Positions 9,104 through 18,792 of a stretch of DNA of 64,000 nt are shown piece by piece (position 1 is the first letter of the stretch; each line of letters starts with the position of its first letter). The notes under the pieces are model-generated. The model was not told the origin of the DNA, did no database searches, and saw only the letters and a program-made list of their open reading frames with translations. Made by a program: the position numbers and the translations under genes. The stretch lies in contig CAVYRH010000026.1 in assembly GCA_963770835.1 (NCBI GenBank), forward strand, positions 1 to 64,000, read 5' to 3'. The stretch comes from an uncultured Pseudomonadota bacterium. GTDB taxonomy: Bacteria; Oederibacteriota; Muellerivitia; Muellerivitales; Muellerivitaceae.

Positions 9104-9811
9104 ATGATGATCCTGAGTCCGTCTTTCCTCAGTTACCTCTACCGTATGAAGAACCTCTGCCAGGGCCGCCCGGAGGCGGTCAAATGGCTGGAGGATGAAG
9201 GCTGGCTTTTATTCTGTGTGCTATGGCTCTTCGGCGGGCTTTTCCTCTACGGTTTCGCCATCGGCTGGTGGCGGGCGCCCCTGCAGGCCTGGTACGGAGC
9301 GGTGAAGACACCCTTTCTCATGGCGCTCACCCTGGCTGGCACGGCGGTGGCCAACTGGATGATGGCCCACCTGCTGGGGGCCGCCCTTCCTTTCCGCAAG
9401 ACACTCCTCATCCAATTGATGGGTTACGTGGTGATGGTGACGATCCTCCTGAGCCTCATCCCCCTGGCCTTCTTCGTGGATTGCACCGTGCCTTCGGCCT
9501 TAGGATCGGCCGCCTTGGTGGGGCAGGCGGTGGTCACCTTTTTCCAGGTCTTCGCCGTGGCCGGGTCGGGCATCGCGTCCCATATCCGGCTCTTCCACCT
9601 CATCCATCACGCCTGCCGCAACCGCACCCTGGCCCGCTGGGTCCTTTTGATCTGGATGGCCAACAATCTTTTCCTGGGCTCCCACCTGTCCTGGTACTTC
9701 CGGCCCTTCATCGGCAACCCGTCCATCCCCGTTGAGTTTTTTTCCAAGGTGGCTTTCGTCAAAGGGAGCTTCGTCAGCGACTTAACGGAGAAGGCCGGAA
9801 GGCTTTATTAA
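9104..9811 (+). CDS. Uncharacterised 5-TM membrane protein, paralog 2
   Basis: Colinear and highly similar to 8350-9051 (LCQGRPEA..WLEDEGWLLFCV, GSHLSWYFRPFIG). Confidence 0.78.
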   Translation: MMILSPSFLSYLYRMKNLCQGRPEAVKWLEDEGWLLFCVLWLFGGLFLYGFAIGWWRAPLQAWYGAVKTPFLMALTLAGTAVANWMMAHLLGAALPFRKTLLIQLMGYVVMVTILLSLIPLAFFVDCTVPSALGSAALVGQAVVTFFQVFAVAGSGIASHIRLFHLIHHACRNRTLARWVLLIWMANNLFLGSHLSWYFRPFIGNPSIPVEFFSKVAFVKGSFVSDLTEKAGRLY

Positions 9812-9830
9812 AAATCGAAAGGAGTCGAAC

Positions 9831-10553
9831 ATGGAACCGAATCAAAGATTGGCGCCGCAAATCAAAATCCGCAGTTACAAGAGCCGGTTGGAGGAGGACT
9901 TCAAATCCACCGAGGGAATGCCCCATTGGATCGCCGCTTTGGAAGGGGTGCTCAAGCACCCGGCCCAGCTGGTTTTTGACATTTCCAAGGGCAAGAAGGG
10001 CTGGGTCCCCTACCTAATCTTTACCCTCCTGGTGGGCACCCTTGTTTACGGCTTTGTCATGGGGTCCTATTCGGGGGGGACGCAGTTGTGGGCCTCACCC
10101 GTCAAGTTCGCCTTCGGCTTTTTGACGAGCGCGCTTCTCACCTTTCCCAGCCTTTACATCTTCACCTGCGTGAACGGGGCGGATTTGAAGATCAAGACGG
10201 CCTTCTCCCTCCTGCTGCTATCCTTGAGCCTGATGGTGGTCCTGCTGATCGGCTTCGCGCCCGTGGCCTGGATTTTTTCCCAGACCACCAACAACATCGT
10301 GCTTATGGGCTGGATCCACTTCGTGATTTGGATCGCCTCGGTGTTCTTCGGCCTGCGGCTGTTATCCGCGGCCTTCGGGCTTCTGGCCAGGGATTTCGGC
10401 GAAGGTTTGTCGGTCTGGGCCTTTATCTTTTTACTCGTGTGTTTCCAGATGAGCGCGGTGCTGCGGCCCCTGATCGGCACATCCCCGGTTTTCTTGTCCG
10501 AAGAGAAGGTTTTCTTTTTGAGCCATTGGTTCAAATGCATGGGAGGGCAATAA
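9831..10553 (+). CDS. Uncharacterised 5-TM membrane protein, divergent paralog 3
   Basis: YGFVMG, SPVK and FQMSAVLRPLIG motifs align with the two upstream genes. Confidence 0.75.
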   Translation: MEPNQRLAPQIKIRSYKSRLEEDFKSTEGMPHWIAALEGVLKHPAQLVFDISKGKKGWVPYLIFTLLVGTLVYGFVMGSYSGGTQLWASPVKFAFGFLTSALLTFPSLYIFTCVNGADLKIKTAFSLLLLSLSLMVVLLIGFAPVAWIFSQTTNNIVLMGWIHFVIWIASVFFGLRLLSAAFGLLARDFGEGLSVWAFIFLLVCFQMSAVLRPLIGTSPVFLSEEKVFFLSHWFKCMGGQ

Positions 10554-10931
10554 GTGGAATGCATCGTCTGCGGCGCAACCTCTCCTAAGCCTTTTTGGCG
10601 TTGCGCCACTTGCGGAAGGCTAAACCTAAGGCGGTGGGGATGGTGGGCCGGATTGATATTTTCCCCGTGGGTTTATTTGGCCTTGATTGGGTTCAGGAAA
10701 GAGATTTTGTTTTTGTTCGGTTTTTCAAACGATCTTTTTTATGTGGACCGCTGGATTGGGATCGGCGTTTTTTATCCGCTGGTGGGCGTACCTTTTATCT
10801 GGTTCACTAAGACCGGATGGATGAGAAAATTAGGTTATTCAATGGCCTATGTGCTCCTTTGCTACGGCTTGTGGGTGGTGATGGCTGTCATAACCGTGGT
10901 TTTCTTGGTTAATTTTAACGGGCGTGGCTGA
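10554..10931 (+). CDS. Small membrane protein with N-terminal zinc ribbon
   Basis: CxxC...CxxC followed by 3 hydrophobic segments. Confidence 0.6.
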   Translation: MECIVCGATSPKPFWRCATCGRLNLRRWGWWAGLIFSPWVYLALIGFRKEILFLFGFSNDLFYVDRWIGIGVFYPLVGVPFIWFTKTGWMRKLGYSMAYVLLCYGLWVVMAVITVVFLVNFNGRG

Positions 10932-10965
10932 TTTTATTTTGCATTAGAATTTCAAGGAAAAAATT

Positions 10966-12501
10966 ATGGAATGGAAAAAACTTTTTCAAAACCGGGCCCG
11001 GGCGATCCGCAGGGTCAACCTGGGGATGAAGATCCTGGCGGCACTTTATTTCCTCATCTTCCCGGCCTTGATGATTATTTGGAACATGGCCGATCCCGCC
11101 AACCGCAACGGTGGCATACCCCGCTCGGCGGTTTATTTGTTTAAAACCCTGACGCCCCGCTACGAGAAATGGGCGCGGGAACGGGTGGCCTCCAAAAACG
11201 CGGGGGCCCTGACCGGCGCGGACATCTCCGGCACCGAATGGCCTCCCTTCGGCTCGGCTTATTACCTCTGGGCCGTGGAATCCCTTCAGAAGGACTGGGA
11301 TTCGGGCGACCATTTCATGGCCCAGCCGCCCAAGATTTACGCCAAGGGGGCGATCCAGGCCGCCACCCGCCTCATCATTGACCCGAACACCGCCGCTTGG
11401 GTCCGGAAATACTGGAAGGGCGTGGATTACCTCCATCATGAGGACATCTTTTATCGGATGCTGATGATCTCGGCTGCCACCACTTACCAGGAGCTCACCG
11501 GGGATACTTATTATCTTCCCCTCTTGCGGGACCAGGTGGAAACCCTTTCCCGCGAGGTGGACCAGTCGCCCTATGGATTGCTGGATGACTACCCCCGGCA
11601 ATGCTTCCCCGCCGACGTCGTGGCGGCGGTGGCAAATATAAGGAAAGCCGACGCGCTTCTGGGAACGGACCACTCGGCTTTTGTCCGGCGGGCCATGCGG
11701 GGCTTCCAAGGCAACTTGGCGCACGAAAGGGGCCTGCCGCCTTACATGGCCGGCTCCAAAGAGGGTGTTTGCTGGGGGCCCTCGCGGGGGTGCAGTAATT
11801 CCTACCTCTGCCTTTTCGCGCCGGTGGCCTGGCCCGAATTCGGCGCCCGGTTGTATTCCGCTTATGACTGCTACTTTTGGCAGAAGAGCTGGGGCGGAGC
11901 AGGTTTCCGGGAATTCCCCAAGGATATACCCGGCCCCAATTGGTATTGGGACGTGGATTCAGGGCCGGTCCTGGCCGGACATGGGATTTCCGCCTGTGCC
12001 TTCGGCCTGGGCGCGGCCCGGATCAACGGGCGCATGGATCAGGCCTATCCCCTGGCGGCGGAGGTGCTGGCTTTCAGCTGGCCCCTCCCGGACGGCACCC
12101 TTCTTTTGCCCCGGCTTTTATCCGACACCACGGACGCCCCTTTGGTGGGAGAGGCATCAATCCTCTACAACCTGACCTGTCTTCCCCAGCCTGGCTATGC
12201 GGTACTGAAAGGCGGGAGCATTCCTCCCCTGGTTTACATCGTCCTCGCGCTACTTTTGGGGCGCGCTTTTTTCCTCCTGCGTTCAGGTTTTCGGGGATGG
12301 AGCCGCTCGAAATCGGCGGATAAAAAGGAAAACCTGAAGGTACCCGCACTTCACTTTTATCTTTGGTTGTGGCTGGTCTTGGCGATGGGGCTGGTTTTTG
12401 CCTGGGGTTACTTCCTTTTGGCCCTGGCTTTTTACGTGGTCGCCCAGTTCTTCCCCTTGGAAACCAATCGCCTGAGCTTTTCACCAAAAACTACCCGCTG
12501 A
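10966..12501 (+). CDS. Membrane-anchored protein resembling the linalool dehydratase/isomerase-like (alpha/alpha)6 family
   Basis: N-terminal TM, GLLDDYPRQCFPAD, GFREFP and DVDSGPV..G..SACAFGLGAAR motifs, C-terminal TMs. The CDS is clear but the family call is from memory. Confidence 0.55.
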   Translation: MEWKKLFQNRARAIRRVNLGMKILAALYFLIFPALMIIWNMADPANRNGGIPRSAVYLFKTLTPRYEKWARERVASKNAGALTGADISGTEWPPFGSAYYLWAVESLQKDWDSGDHFMAQPPKIYAKGAIQAATRLIIDPNTAAWVRKYWKGVDYLHHEDIFYRMLMISAATTYQELTGDTYYLPLLRDQVETLSREVDQSPYGLLDDYPRQCFPADVVAAVANIRKADALLGTDHSAFVRRAMRGFQGNLAHERGLPPYMAGSKEGVCWGPSRGCSNSYLCLFAPVAWPEFGARLYSAYDCYFWQKSWGGAGFREFPKDIPGPNWYWDVDSGPVLAGHGISACAFGLGAARINGRMDQAYPLAAEVLAFSWPLPDGTLLLPRLLSDTTDAPLVGEASILYNLTCLPQPGYAVLKGGSIPPLVYIVLALLLGRAFFLLRSGFRGWSRSKSADKKENLKVPALHFYLWLWLVLAMGLVFAWGYFLLALAFYVVAQFFPLETNRLSFSPKTTR

Positions 12502-12506
12502 AAGAT

Positions 12507-12860
12507 TCAGGGAACCCTTTGATCCAGGATGTCCAGCAATTTAGAATCCGAACCCAGGGGCTTCGCTAATTTTATTTTCACTTCCGGGTGTTTCTTGCGG
12601 AATTCGGACAAAATTTCAGGGATATGTTTTCTTACGTGCTTGGCCGTGAAAAGGAATAACGGCAAAACAAGAATTTCCTTCGATGAGACGGTGAGGGATT
12701 CCAAGGCTTGGGGGATGGAAGGCTCAGCCAACTCTAAAAAAGCGTGGGCGATTTTCCAACCGGGATGTCGTTTCTGATACTTCCCAACCAGCTGTTTGAA
12801 TTCCAGCTGGGCGGGTTTTTCCCTGCTGCCGTGTGCCACGACGAGGATGGTGGGGTTCAT
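12507..12860 (-). CDS. cbiX: Sirohydrochlorin chelatase, short CbiX/SirB type
   Basis: ILVVAHGSR, AFLELAEPSI, LPLFLF.AKHVRKHIP. Confidence 0.88.
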   Translation of the reverse strand: MNPTILVVAHGSREKPAQLEFKQLVGKYQKRHPGWKIAHAFLELAEPSIPQALESLTVSSKEILVLPLFLFTAKHVRKHIPEILSEFRKKHPEVKIKLAKPLGSDSKLLDILDQRVP

Positions 12861-13606
12861 ACTTGGAAAAATCCGCCATGAAGAGTCAGCGCCGCGAAAA
12901 AAAGGCAACATGACTCGCTAATCTCAATCGTTGCACCAAGGCCATCGCCCGTTAGGCCCTTGATCTTGGCTTGGGAGAGAAAGCCAACCGCCAACGCGAT
13001 AAGACCGGCAATCAGAAAAGCCGCGAATCCCTGCAGCCTTAATATGCCGATCCCTACGGCCAAACTTAAAAGGCTGGTGACCGCGAAGAGGGATGTTGGA
13101 AACCCTACCACTTGCGAGCCTAGCCCTTTATCCCCCGGTGGCGCCTTGAAGACGGTGCAGGCTAGGGTGACGCTCCAGCGGGCGGCCAAAGGGATCAAGA
13201 GAAGCCATTTCCACCCGTCCCCTCCGGTTAGCAGGGTGGAAAGGAGGCCGTACTTAAAAAGAAGGGCCAGGACGATGCCCGTCACACCGTAAGCGCCGGT
13301 GGCGGAGTCTTTCATGATGCGCCGCCGGTCCTTGGGCGTTCTTCCCCCGAAGAAACCGTCGCAACAGTCCGCGAGCCCGTCCAAGTGAAAGGCGGCTGTC
13401 CCTACGACCCATAAAAGAAGAAGAAGGATGGATTTCAACTCGTGGGCAAGGTGGATTTGGGCGATGAGCACCAGGAGGCCGCCCAGAAGCGCGCCGACCA
13501 GTGGGTAAAAGGCCACGGAGGCTTTAACGTCGGCCGGGTTCCACTTTTTGGGGGAAACCGGAAGAACCGTTAAAGTCGAAAAGGCGATCCGTAGGGCGCT
13601 TAGCAT
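12857..13606 (-). CDS. cobS: Adenosylcobinamide-GDP ribazoletransferase (cobalamin synthase)
   Basis: FHLDGLADCCDG, IMKDS.TGAYG, GLTGDGLGA.IE. Confidence 0.93.
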   Translation of the reverse strand: MLSALRIAFSTLTVLPVSPKKWNPADVKASVAFYPLVGALLGGLLVLIAQIHLAHELKSILLLLLWVVGTAAFHLDGLADCCDGFFGGRTPKDRRRIMKDSATGAYGVTGIVLALLFKYGLLSTLLTGGDGWKWLLLIPLAARWSVTLACTVFKAPPGDKGLGSQVVGFPTSLFAVTSLLSLAVGIGILRLQGFAAFLIAGLIALAVGFLSQAKIKGLTGDGLGATIEISESCCLFFAALTLHGGFFQV

Positions 13607-13620
13607 TGGCCCATCTTACT

Positions 13621-14715
13621 TCAGTTTTTCGAAGGGGCGGAATGGGGCTTTTTCGCCTTCTTCTCAAGCTTCGTTGGCACCTTGGCGCTCTCGAAAGTGG
13701 CCATTTCGGCATGGGCCCGGACGGCGGATTCCAGGATATTCAAGGCCAAGGCCCCGCCAGTGCCCTCACCCAAGCGCATCTTCATTTCCAGGAGGGGTTC
13801 CACTCCCAGCATTTCAAAGAACTTCGTATGGCCCGGCTCCTCGGAGCGGTGGGAAAAGAAGGCAAAATCTTTCACTTTAGGCGTTAGACGGTAAGCCACA
13901 AGAAATGCGGAAGAGGTAATGAAGCCGTCCACCACCACCGGGATGCGGTTTTTAGCGCAACCCAAGACCACCCCGGTCAAGGCCGCGATTTCCAGGCCGC
14001 CCACCTTTTGTAGGGCTTCCAGGGGCTTTTCAATGCTCAAGGCGTGAAACTTCATGGATTCCTGGATGACCCGGCATTTGTTCATCCATTGGGTACGGTC
14101 AATGCCCGTGCCGAAGCCTGTCACGTCCTCTACCGCGCAAGGCAAAAGGGCTGCCATCAGGGCGGCGGCGGAAGTAGTATTGCCGATGCCCATTTCCCCG
14201 AGAACCACCCATTTCACCTTATCTTTTTTGGCTTGTTCGGCAAGTTGAATGCCCAATTCCAGGGCTTTTTGGCATTCCACCACGGTCATGGCGGGATCTA
14301 CTTTGAAGTTTCGGGTTCCAAGAGCGATCTTGGCCTGTAAAAGAAGACGTTTTTTAGGCAGTTCTGACGCAACTCCCACGTCCACCACTTTGACCTCCGC
14401 TCCGGCTTGCCGGGCCAATGCGTTGATGGCCGCGCCGCCTTTAAGGAAGTTCAATACCATCATGGGGGTTACCGCAGAGGGAAAGGCCGAGACGCCTTCC
14501 ACTGTGACCCCATGGTCCCCGGCGCATAAGATGACGCGCTTTTTTCCCAGAGTGGGAATGGCTTCCGCCGTAATGCCGGCTACCTGGATGGCGATTGCTT
14601 CCAGCCGGCCCAAGCTCCCGCGGGCTTGGTCAGTTGGGCTTGGCGTTTTTGGGCCTTTTGCATGGCCTTGGAATTAAGAATGGGGATGGACAGAGATGAA
14701 TTTCGAAAGGTTCAT
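13621..14715 (-). CDS. cobT: Nicotinate-nucleotide-dimethylbenzimidazole phosphoribosyltransferase, N-terminus frameshifted in this sequence
   Basis: AGDHGV..EGVSAFP, GEMGIGNTT, VVVDGFI, MRLGEGTG. The N-terminal LTKP.GSLGRLE is split by 1-bp indels near 14620 and 14690. Confidence 0.92.
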
Positions 14716-14810
14716 GGTTTTGCCTTTGCGAGGGATTTTAAAGCAGCTTTATTTAAGCACAAAGGCTGGCAAGTAGAAACGGCTGATTGGGGGGAAGCTT
14801 GAGGCTATAT

Positions 14811-15463
14811 TTAACGCTTTTTCTTGCGGGCAAGGATCGTGCGATAGCGGGCGGAATAGATTTCCTTCACCTGGGGTTTTAAGGGAGAAAGCCAGAAACC
14901 ATCCCGGGTTTTGGGCTTAATGACACTGACTTAAAAGGCGGGCCCGGTGGCGGTAAGAATAACCCAGCTTCTTCTCGACCCAATCTTTGGGCTTCCCGCT
15001 GCGGATGGCCCACAAGAGATAATGGGGAGTGAGGGTCTTAAAAGGGAACTTGGTCTGCCACAATCCGACTAAAGCCGCATTTTCGTCGGGGAGAACCGGG
15101 GCTTGCCGCAGAAGCGATTGTAAAAAGAGTAGAACTTTTTTTCAAAGGACAATTTTTTTGCTGTTTCATCCAGCTTCTGCCAGGTGTGGCGCAATTTGAC
15201 GGATTTTTTGGAATAGCCTAGTTCAAGAAATGCCCTTGGATGGTGTTGCGGTGAATGTCGAGGGCCTTCGCGGTTTGGATGATGTTGCCTTTATAAATGA
15301 CGAACCAATGGAGGAAATAATGCCGTTCCAAGTCCTCCGGGAAAAGCCCGCGTTTCCACAACCGATTTAAGGTGGAAAACCCATGATCCATTTGGGTTTT
15401 GGAGATGGAAGTTGGAGTTTTGAAGGACAAGGTGGACGTTCTCTTTGTGCAAAAAATTTGCAA
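14811..15463 (-). CDS. Hypothetical protein with a Fis-type HTH, frameshifted
   Basis: KGNIIQTAKALDIHRNTI Fis-like HTH. Coding-like sequence continues in shifted frames to TAA at 14811. Confidence 0.5.
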
Positions 15464-15528
15464 CCTTTAGACGCGATAGTTAGACAAGTTTTCGAAATTT
15501 TTTTCAAGTTTTGAGATGTTGTTTATCT

Positions 15529-16073
15529 TTATTTAATTTTTTGGGGGATTCCCGCGGTCAATAAGAACAACTTGATTGGCAATGGAAGCGACGGATTGGT
15601 TGAAGCGCGCCTTGAAGATCGCGAAATTCGCGGCCTAACAGGATTATCGGGAACGATTCCAAGACCCACTTCGTTTGAAATGATCCGCAAGTTGCCGTTT
15701 AATTCGGGAAGAGTTTGTAAGAAATTGTTCAAATAATTTTTCAATTTCATTAGAAGACAAACTTTTCCGCCCATTCCACACAACAAATTTGAGATCCAAA
15801 GGGTGGCGCAGTCCACGACGATCAACCCTTCGTGGGTGGACTAGAGCAATCCTCCAAGACTTCCACCAGATGGTAAGGTTCCTCGATGGTCTGCCATTGG
15901 GTACCCCGTTCCGCCCGGTGGTGCTCGATGCGCTGCGCCATTTCCTCATCCCGGGCTGAAGCGGTGGCCAGGAAGATTCGGGCTCGAAAGAAGTCTTCAT
16001 TCCCCTGGTGCAGGGCAAAGTGGGATTTCCCCGATCGTGCGCCTCCGAGGATGAGTTGAAGATGAGAGTGCAT
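15529..16073 (-). CDS. cobU: Bifunctional adenosylcobinamide kinase/guanylyltransferase, multiply frameshifted
   Basis: LILGGARSGKS, DEEMAQRIEHHR, IVVDCATLW.SN, ISNEVGLGIVP and AGIP pieces spread over different frames. Confidence 0.9.
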
Positions 16074-16269
16074 AGGAACCTTTTACCATTCACCAGCGGC
16101 TCGAGCCAAGGCCGGAATGGTTCATTTTGGAGGTTGCAAAAGGACTTGGCAACCCTTTCATTGACGTTTTCTTCTATCTATAGGATAGAATCAACCCTCT
16201 TTTCGCGGGCGCAGCAAGCCAAAAAGGGTTTCCCTTAGGAAACCCGATTAAAGGAACGGATTTTCTTTT

Positions 16270-16407
16270 ATGAAACGAACCTATCAACCTAACAGCCGTA
16301 AACGCCAAAAGGTTCACGGCTTTCGCAGTCGGATGAAAACGGTCGGAGGCCGCCGGGTTTTGAGCAACCGCCGCAAAAAGGGCCGTCATAAAGTCAGCAT
16401 ACAGTAA
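16270..16407 (+). CDS. rpmH: 50S ribosomal protein L34
   Basis: Manual translation [45 protein letters not shown], below the ORF-track cutoff. Confidence 0.97.
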   Translation: MKRTYQPNSRKRQKVHGFRSRMKTVGGRRVLSNRRKKGRHKVSIQ

Positions 16408-16428
16408 CGGGCGCGAAGGTTGTTCGAT

Positions 16429-16779
16429 ATGCCGCGATTTTTAAAGTCGGAGCGGCTGAGACAGTCGAAGGAGTTTAAGGCGGTTTTTCAGCAATGCCGC
16501 AAGTTGGAAGATAGTTATTTAGCTTTCTATGTGCAGTTTAGCGAGGATGCCGCCCTTCGGAAATTCGGCGTTTCGTTGAGTCGGGCTTTAGGGAAGGCCT
16601 ACCTTCGGAACCGCCTCAAGCGGCGCTTCAGGGAAATTTACCGGGTGGAAAAAGAAAGATTCCGCGGGGGTTACCAGGTCATCCTGATCCCCAGGCGCGG
16701 AAGCGCGGCACGCACCTTCGACGAGATGAGGACATCTTTTCTTCCCTCGCGACCAGGGCGGGCCTTCTCCCCCGGATGA
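16429..16779 (+). CDS. rnpA: Ribonuclease P protein component
   Basis: ERLRQSKEF, GVSLSRALGKAYLRNRLKRRFRE (RNR motif). The C-terminus is probably shifted by one base near 16745. Confidence 0.92.
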   Translation: MPRFLKSERLRQSKEFKAVFQQCRKLEDSYLAFYVQFSEDAALRKFGVSLSRALGKAYLRNRLKRRFREIYRVEKERFRGGYQVILIPRRGSAARTFDEMRTSFLPSRPGRAFSPG

Positions 16780-16795
16780 AGCAGGGATAATTAGA

Positions 16796-17017
16796 ATGGA
16801 CAAACTCTTAAAGCAGGGGCTCTTACTTTTCATCAAGGGGTATCAGCTGATGATCTCGCCTTACCTACCCCCTTCCTGCCGGTTTACGCCCTCTTGCTCC
16901 GAATACACCCGCCAAGCCGTGGAACGTTATGGCGTTGTAAAGGGCCTTTTCATGGGCCTAAAGCGTTTGAGCCGTTGCCATCCCGCCTCATCCGGAGGAT
17001 TCCACCCCGTTCATTAA
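16796..17017 (+). CDS. yidD: Membrane protein insertion efficiency factor
   Basis: YQLMISP...CRFTPSCSEY...RLSRCHP..SGGFHPV. Confidence 0.95.
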   Translation: MDKLLKQGLLLFIKGYQLMISPYLPPSCRFTPSCSEYTRQAVERYGVVKGLFMGLKRLSRCHPASSGGFHPVH

Positions 17018-17042
17018 ATTATTTCGCAACGGGAGAATCGTT

Positions 17043-18792
17043 TTGGATAACAACAGCCGCCTGGTCATATTCCTCGTCCTTTCCGTGATAGTCCTGGGCC
17101 TTTCCCAGTTTTTCCTTCCGTCACCGCCTCCCCCGGCGGAAAACGTCTCCAATGCCGTTTCCCAAACCGGTTCCACTCCTCGTTTGACGACTCCTCCGTC
17201 GGAGGGCGTTTCAGCGGCCGCCGCCAAATCCACCCATGCCAAAAAAACCACCGAAGTTCCCGCAGCCTCGGTGACCATCGAAACCGATGACTACACCGCA
17301 GTTCTTTCCAACCAAGGCGCGGTTCTCACCAGTTATGAATTGAAGAAATACCGCAACCGGGAAACCCAAAAACCCGTCCAGTTGGTCAACCCCGATCCCG
17401 GTCATCCCAAGCCTTTTTCCCTTTCCTATGACCCCATCCCTGATTTGAACCAGAAAATGTTTGAAGTGAGGGGAACCTCAAAAAAACTTTCCCGGCCCGG
17501 TGAAACGGCCAAACTAGCGTTCCGGTACGTGGATGAAAATGGACGGGTTTTAGAAAAAGAATTCGCATTCCAGAATGGCAACTATCTGGTGAATTTCAAT
17601 GTGACCGTCAACCAAACAGGCAGCGGTTCCACCCCCGCCTCCAACCTGGCGGTGGAATGGGCCGACACCCTGGGCCAGGAAGAAAACACAGGTACCAGTT
17701 CCCGGGCCGGGGGCTACCGTGTGGTCACTTTAGCCGGCGACCACTTGGACAAGCAGACCGCCCAAAAATCGCAAGAATCCAACGAAATACCCGCCCCCAT
17801 CAACTGGACGGGCCTTACGAACCAGTTTTTTCTGGCGGCTTTGATGCCGGATCCTTCCACAGGAAGCGCCTCGGCGCGTGTCGTCCGGGACCATAACGTC
17901 TATAAGCCGCCGACCACCGAGGAACCTAATCCGACGGAGGATGCCAGATCCTTTGCTCCGCGCCCGGAGCTGGTATTCGCGGGCCAGGCCTTGAAAGGCG
18001 GCGAGAGCTTTAAACGCGGGCTTGAGGTTTTCATCGGGCCGCAGGAATACAACCAGTTAAAGAGCCTGGGCCTGGAACAAGTGATGGACCTGGGAACCTT
18101 CGGGTTCATCAGCGTCTACATGCTGAAACTTTTACAGTGGTTCTATACCTGGTGCCATAGCTGGGGCCTGGCGGTGATCCTGCTTTCTATTGCGGTCAAA
18201 CTGGTTCTTTGGCTGCCCACCCACAACAGTTACAAGAACATGTACCTGACCCAACAGAAGATGAGGGAGATCCAACCCAAGATGGATGCCCTCAAGCGCA
18301 AGTATCCCCAACGACACCACCAAGCAAAGGGAAGAACAGGCCAAGCTCTTCCAGGAGGCCGGCATCAATCCCTTGGGAGGCTGCCTGCCGATGTTCCTGC
18401 AGTTGCCGGTTTTTTGGGCGCTTTACGCCGCCCTGAATCACAGCATTGAACTGCGCGGGGCGGGTTTCCTGTGGCTCAGGGACCTAACCCTTTTTGATCC
18501 GATTTACGTGCTTCCCCTTCTGATGGGCGGAACCATGATCCTCCAGCAGAAGGTGTCGGGCCAGATGGCCACCCAGGCCGCTGGCCAACAAAAAATGATG
18601 ATGTGGATGATGCCGGTTGTGCTCACGTTTATTTCCACCAAATGGCCTTCGGGGCTTCTTCTTTACTGGGTGGTGACGAACGTCCTTTCGATGATCCAAC
18701 AGAAAGTGGTGAACCGGGAAATCCAAAACGCTAAGAAGAAAGTCGAGGATGTGAAAGTCATGAGAAATTTTTCGAACCAGACCGAGTGGTAG
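17043..18792 (+). CDS. yidC: Membrane protein insertase YidC, split by a +1 frameshift near 18308
   Basis: ORF 17043-18449 (WGLAVILL, MREIQPKM..LKRKY) joins ORF 18286-18792 (INPLGGCLPM.LQLPVFWALY, PSGLLLYW). Confidence 0.93.

Noticed and set aside
15529..18792. cobU and yidC as true pseudogenes or programmed frameshifts
   Set aside because: The indels cluster locally, mostly at homopolymers, and hit essential genes. Sequencing error is the simpler explanation.
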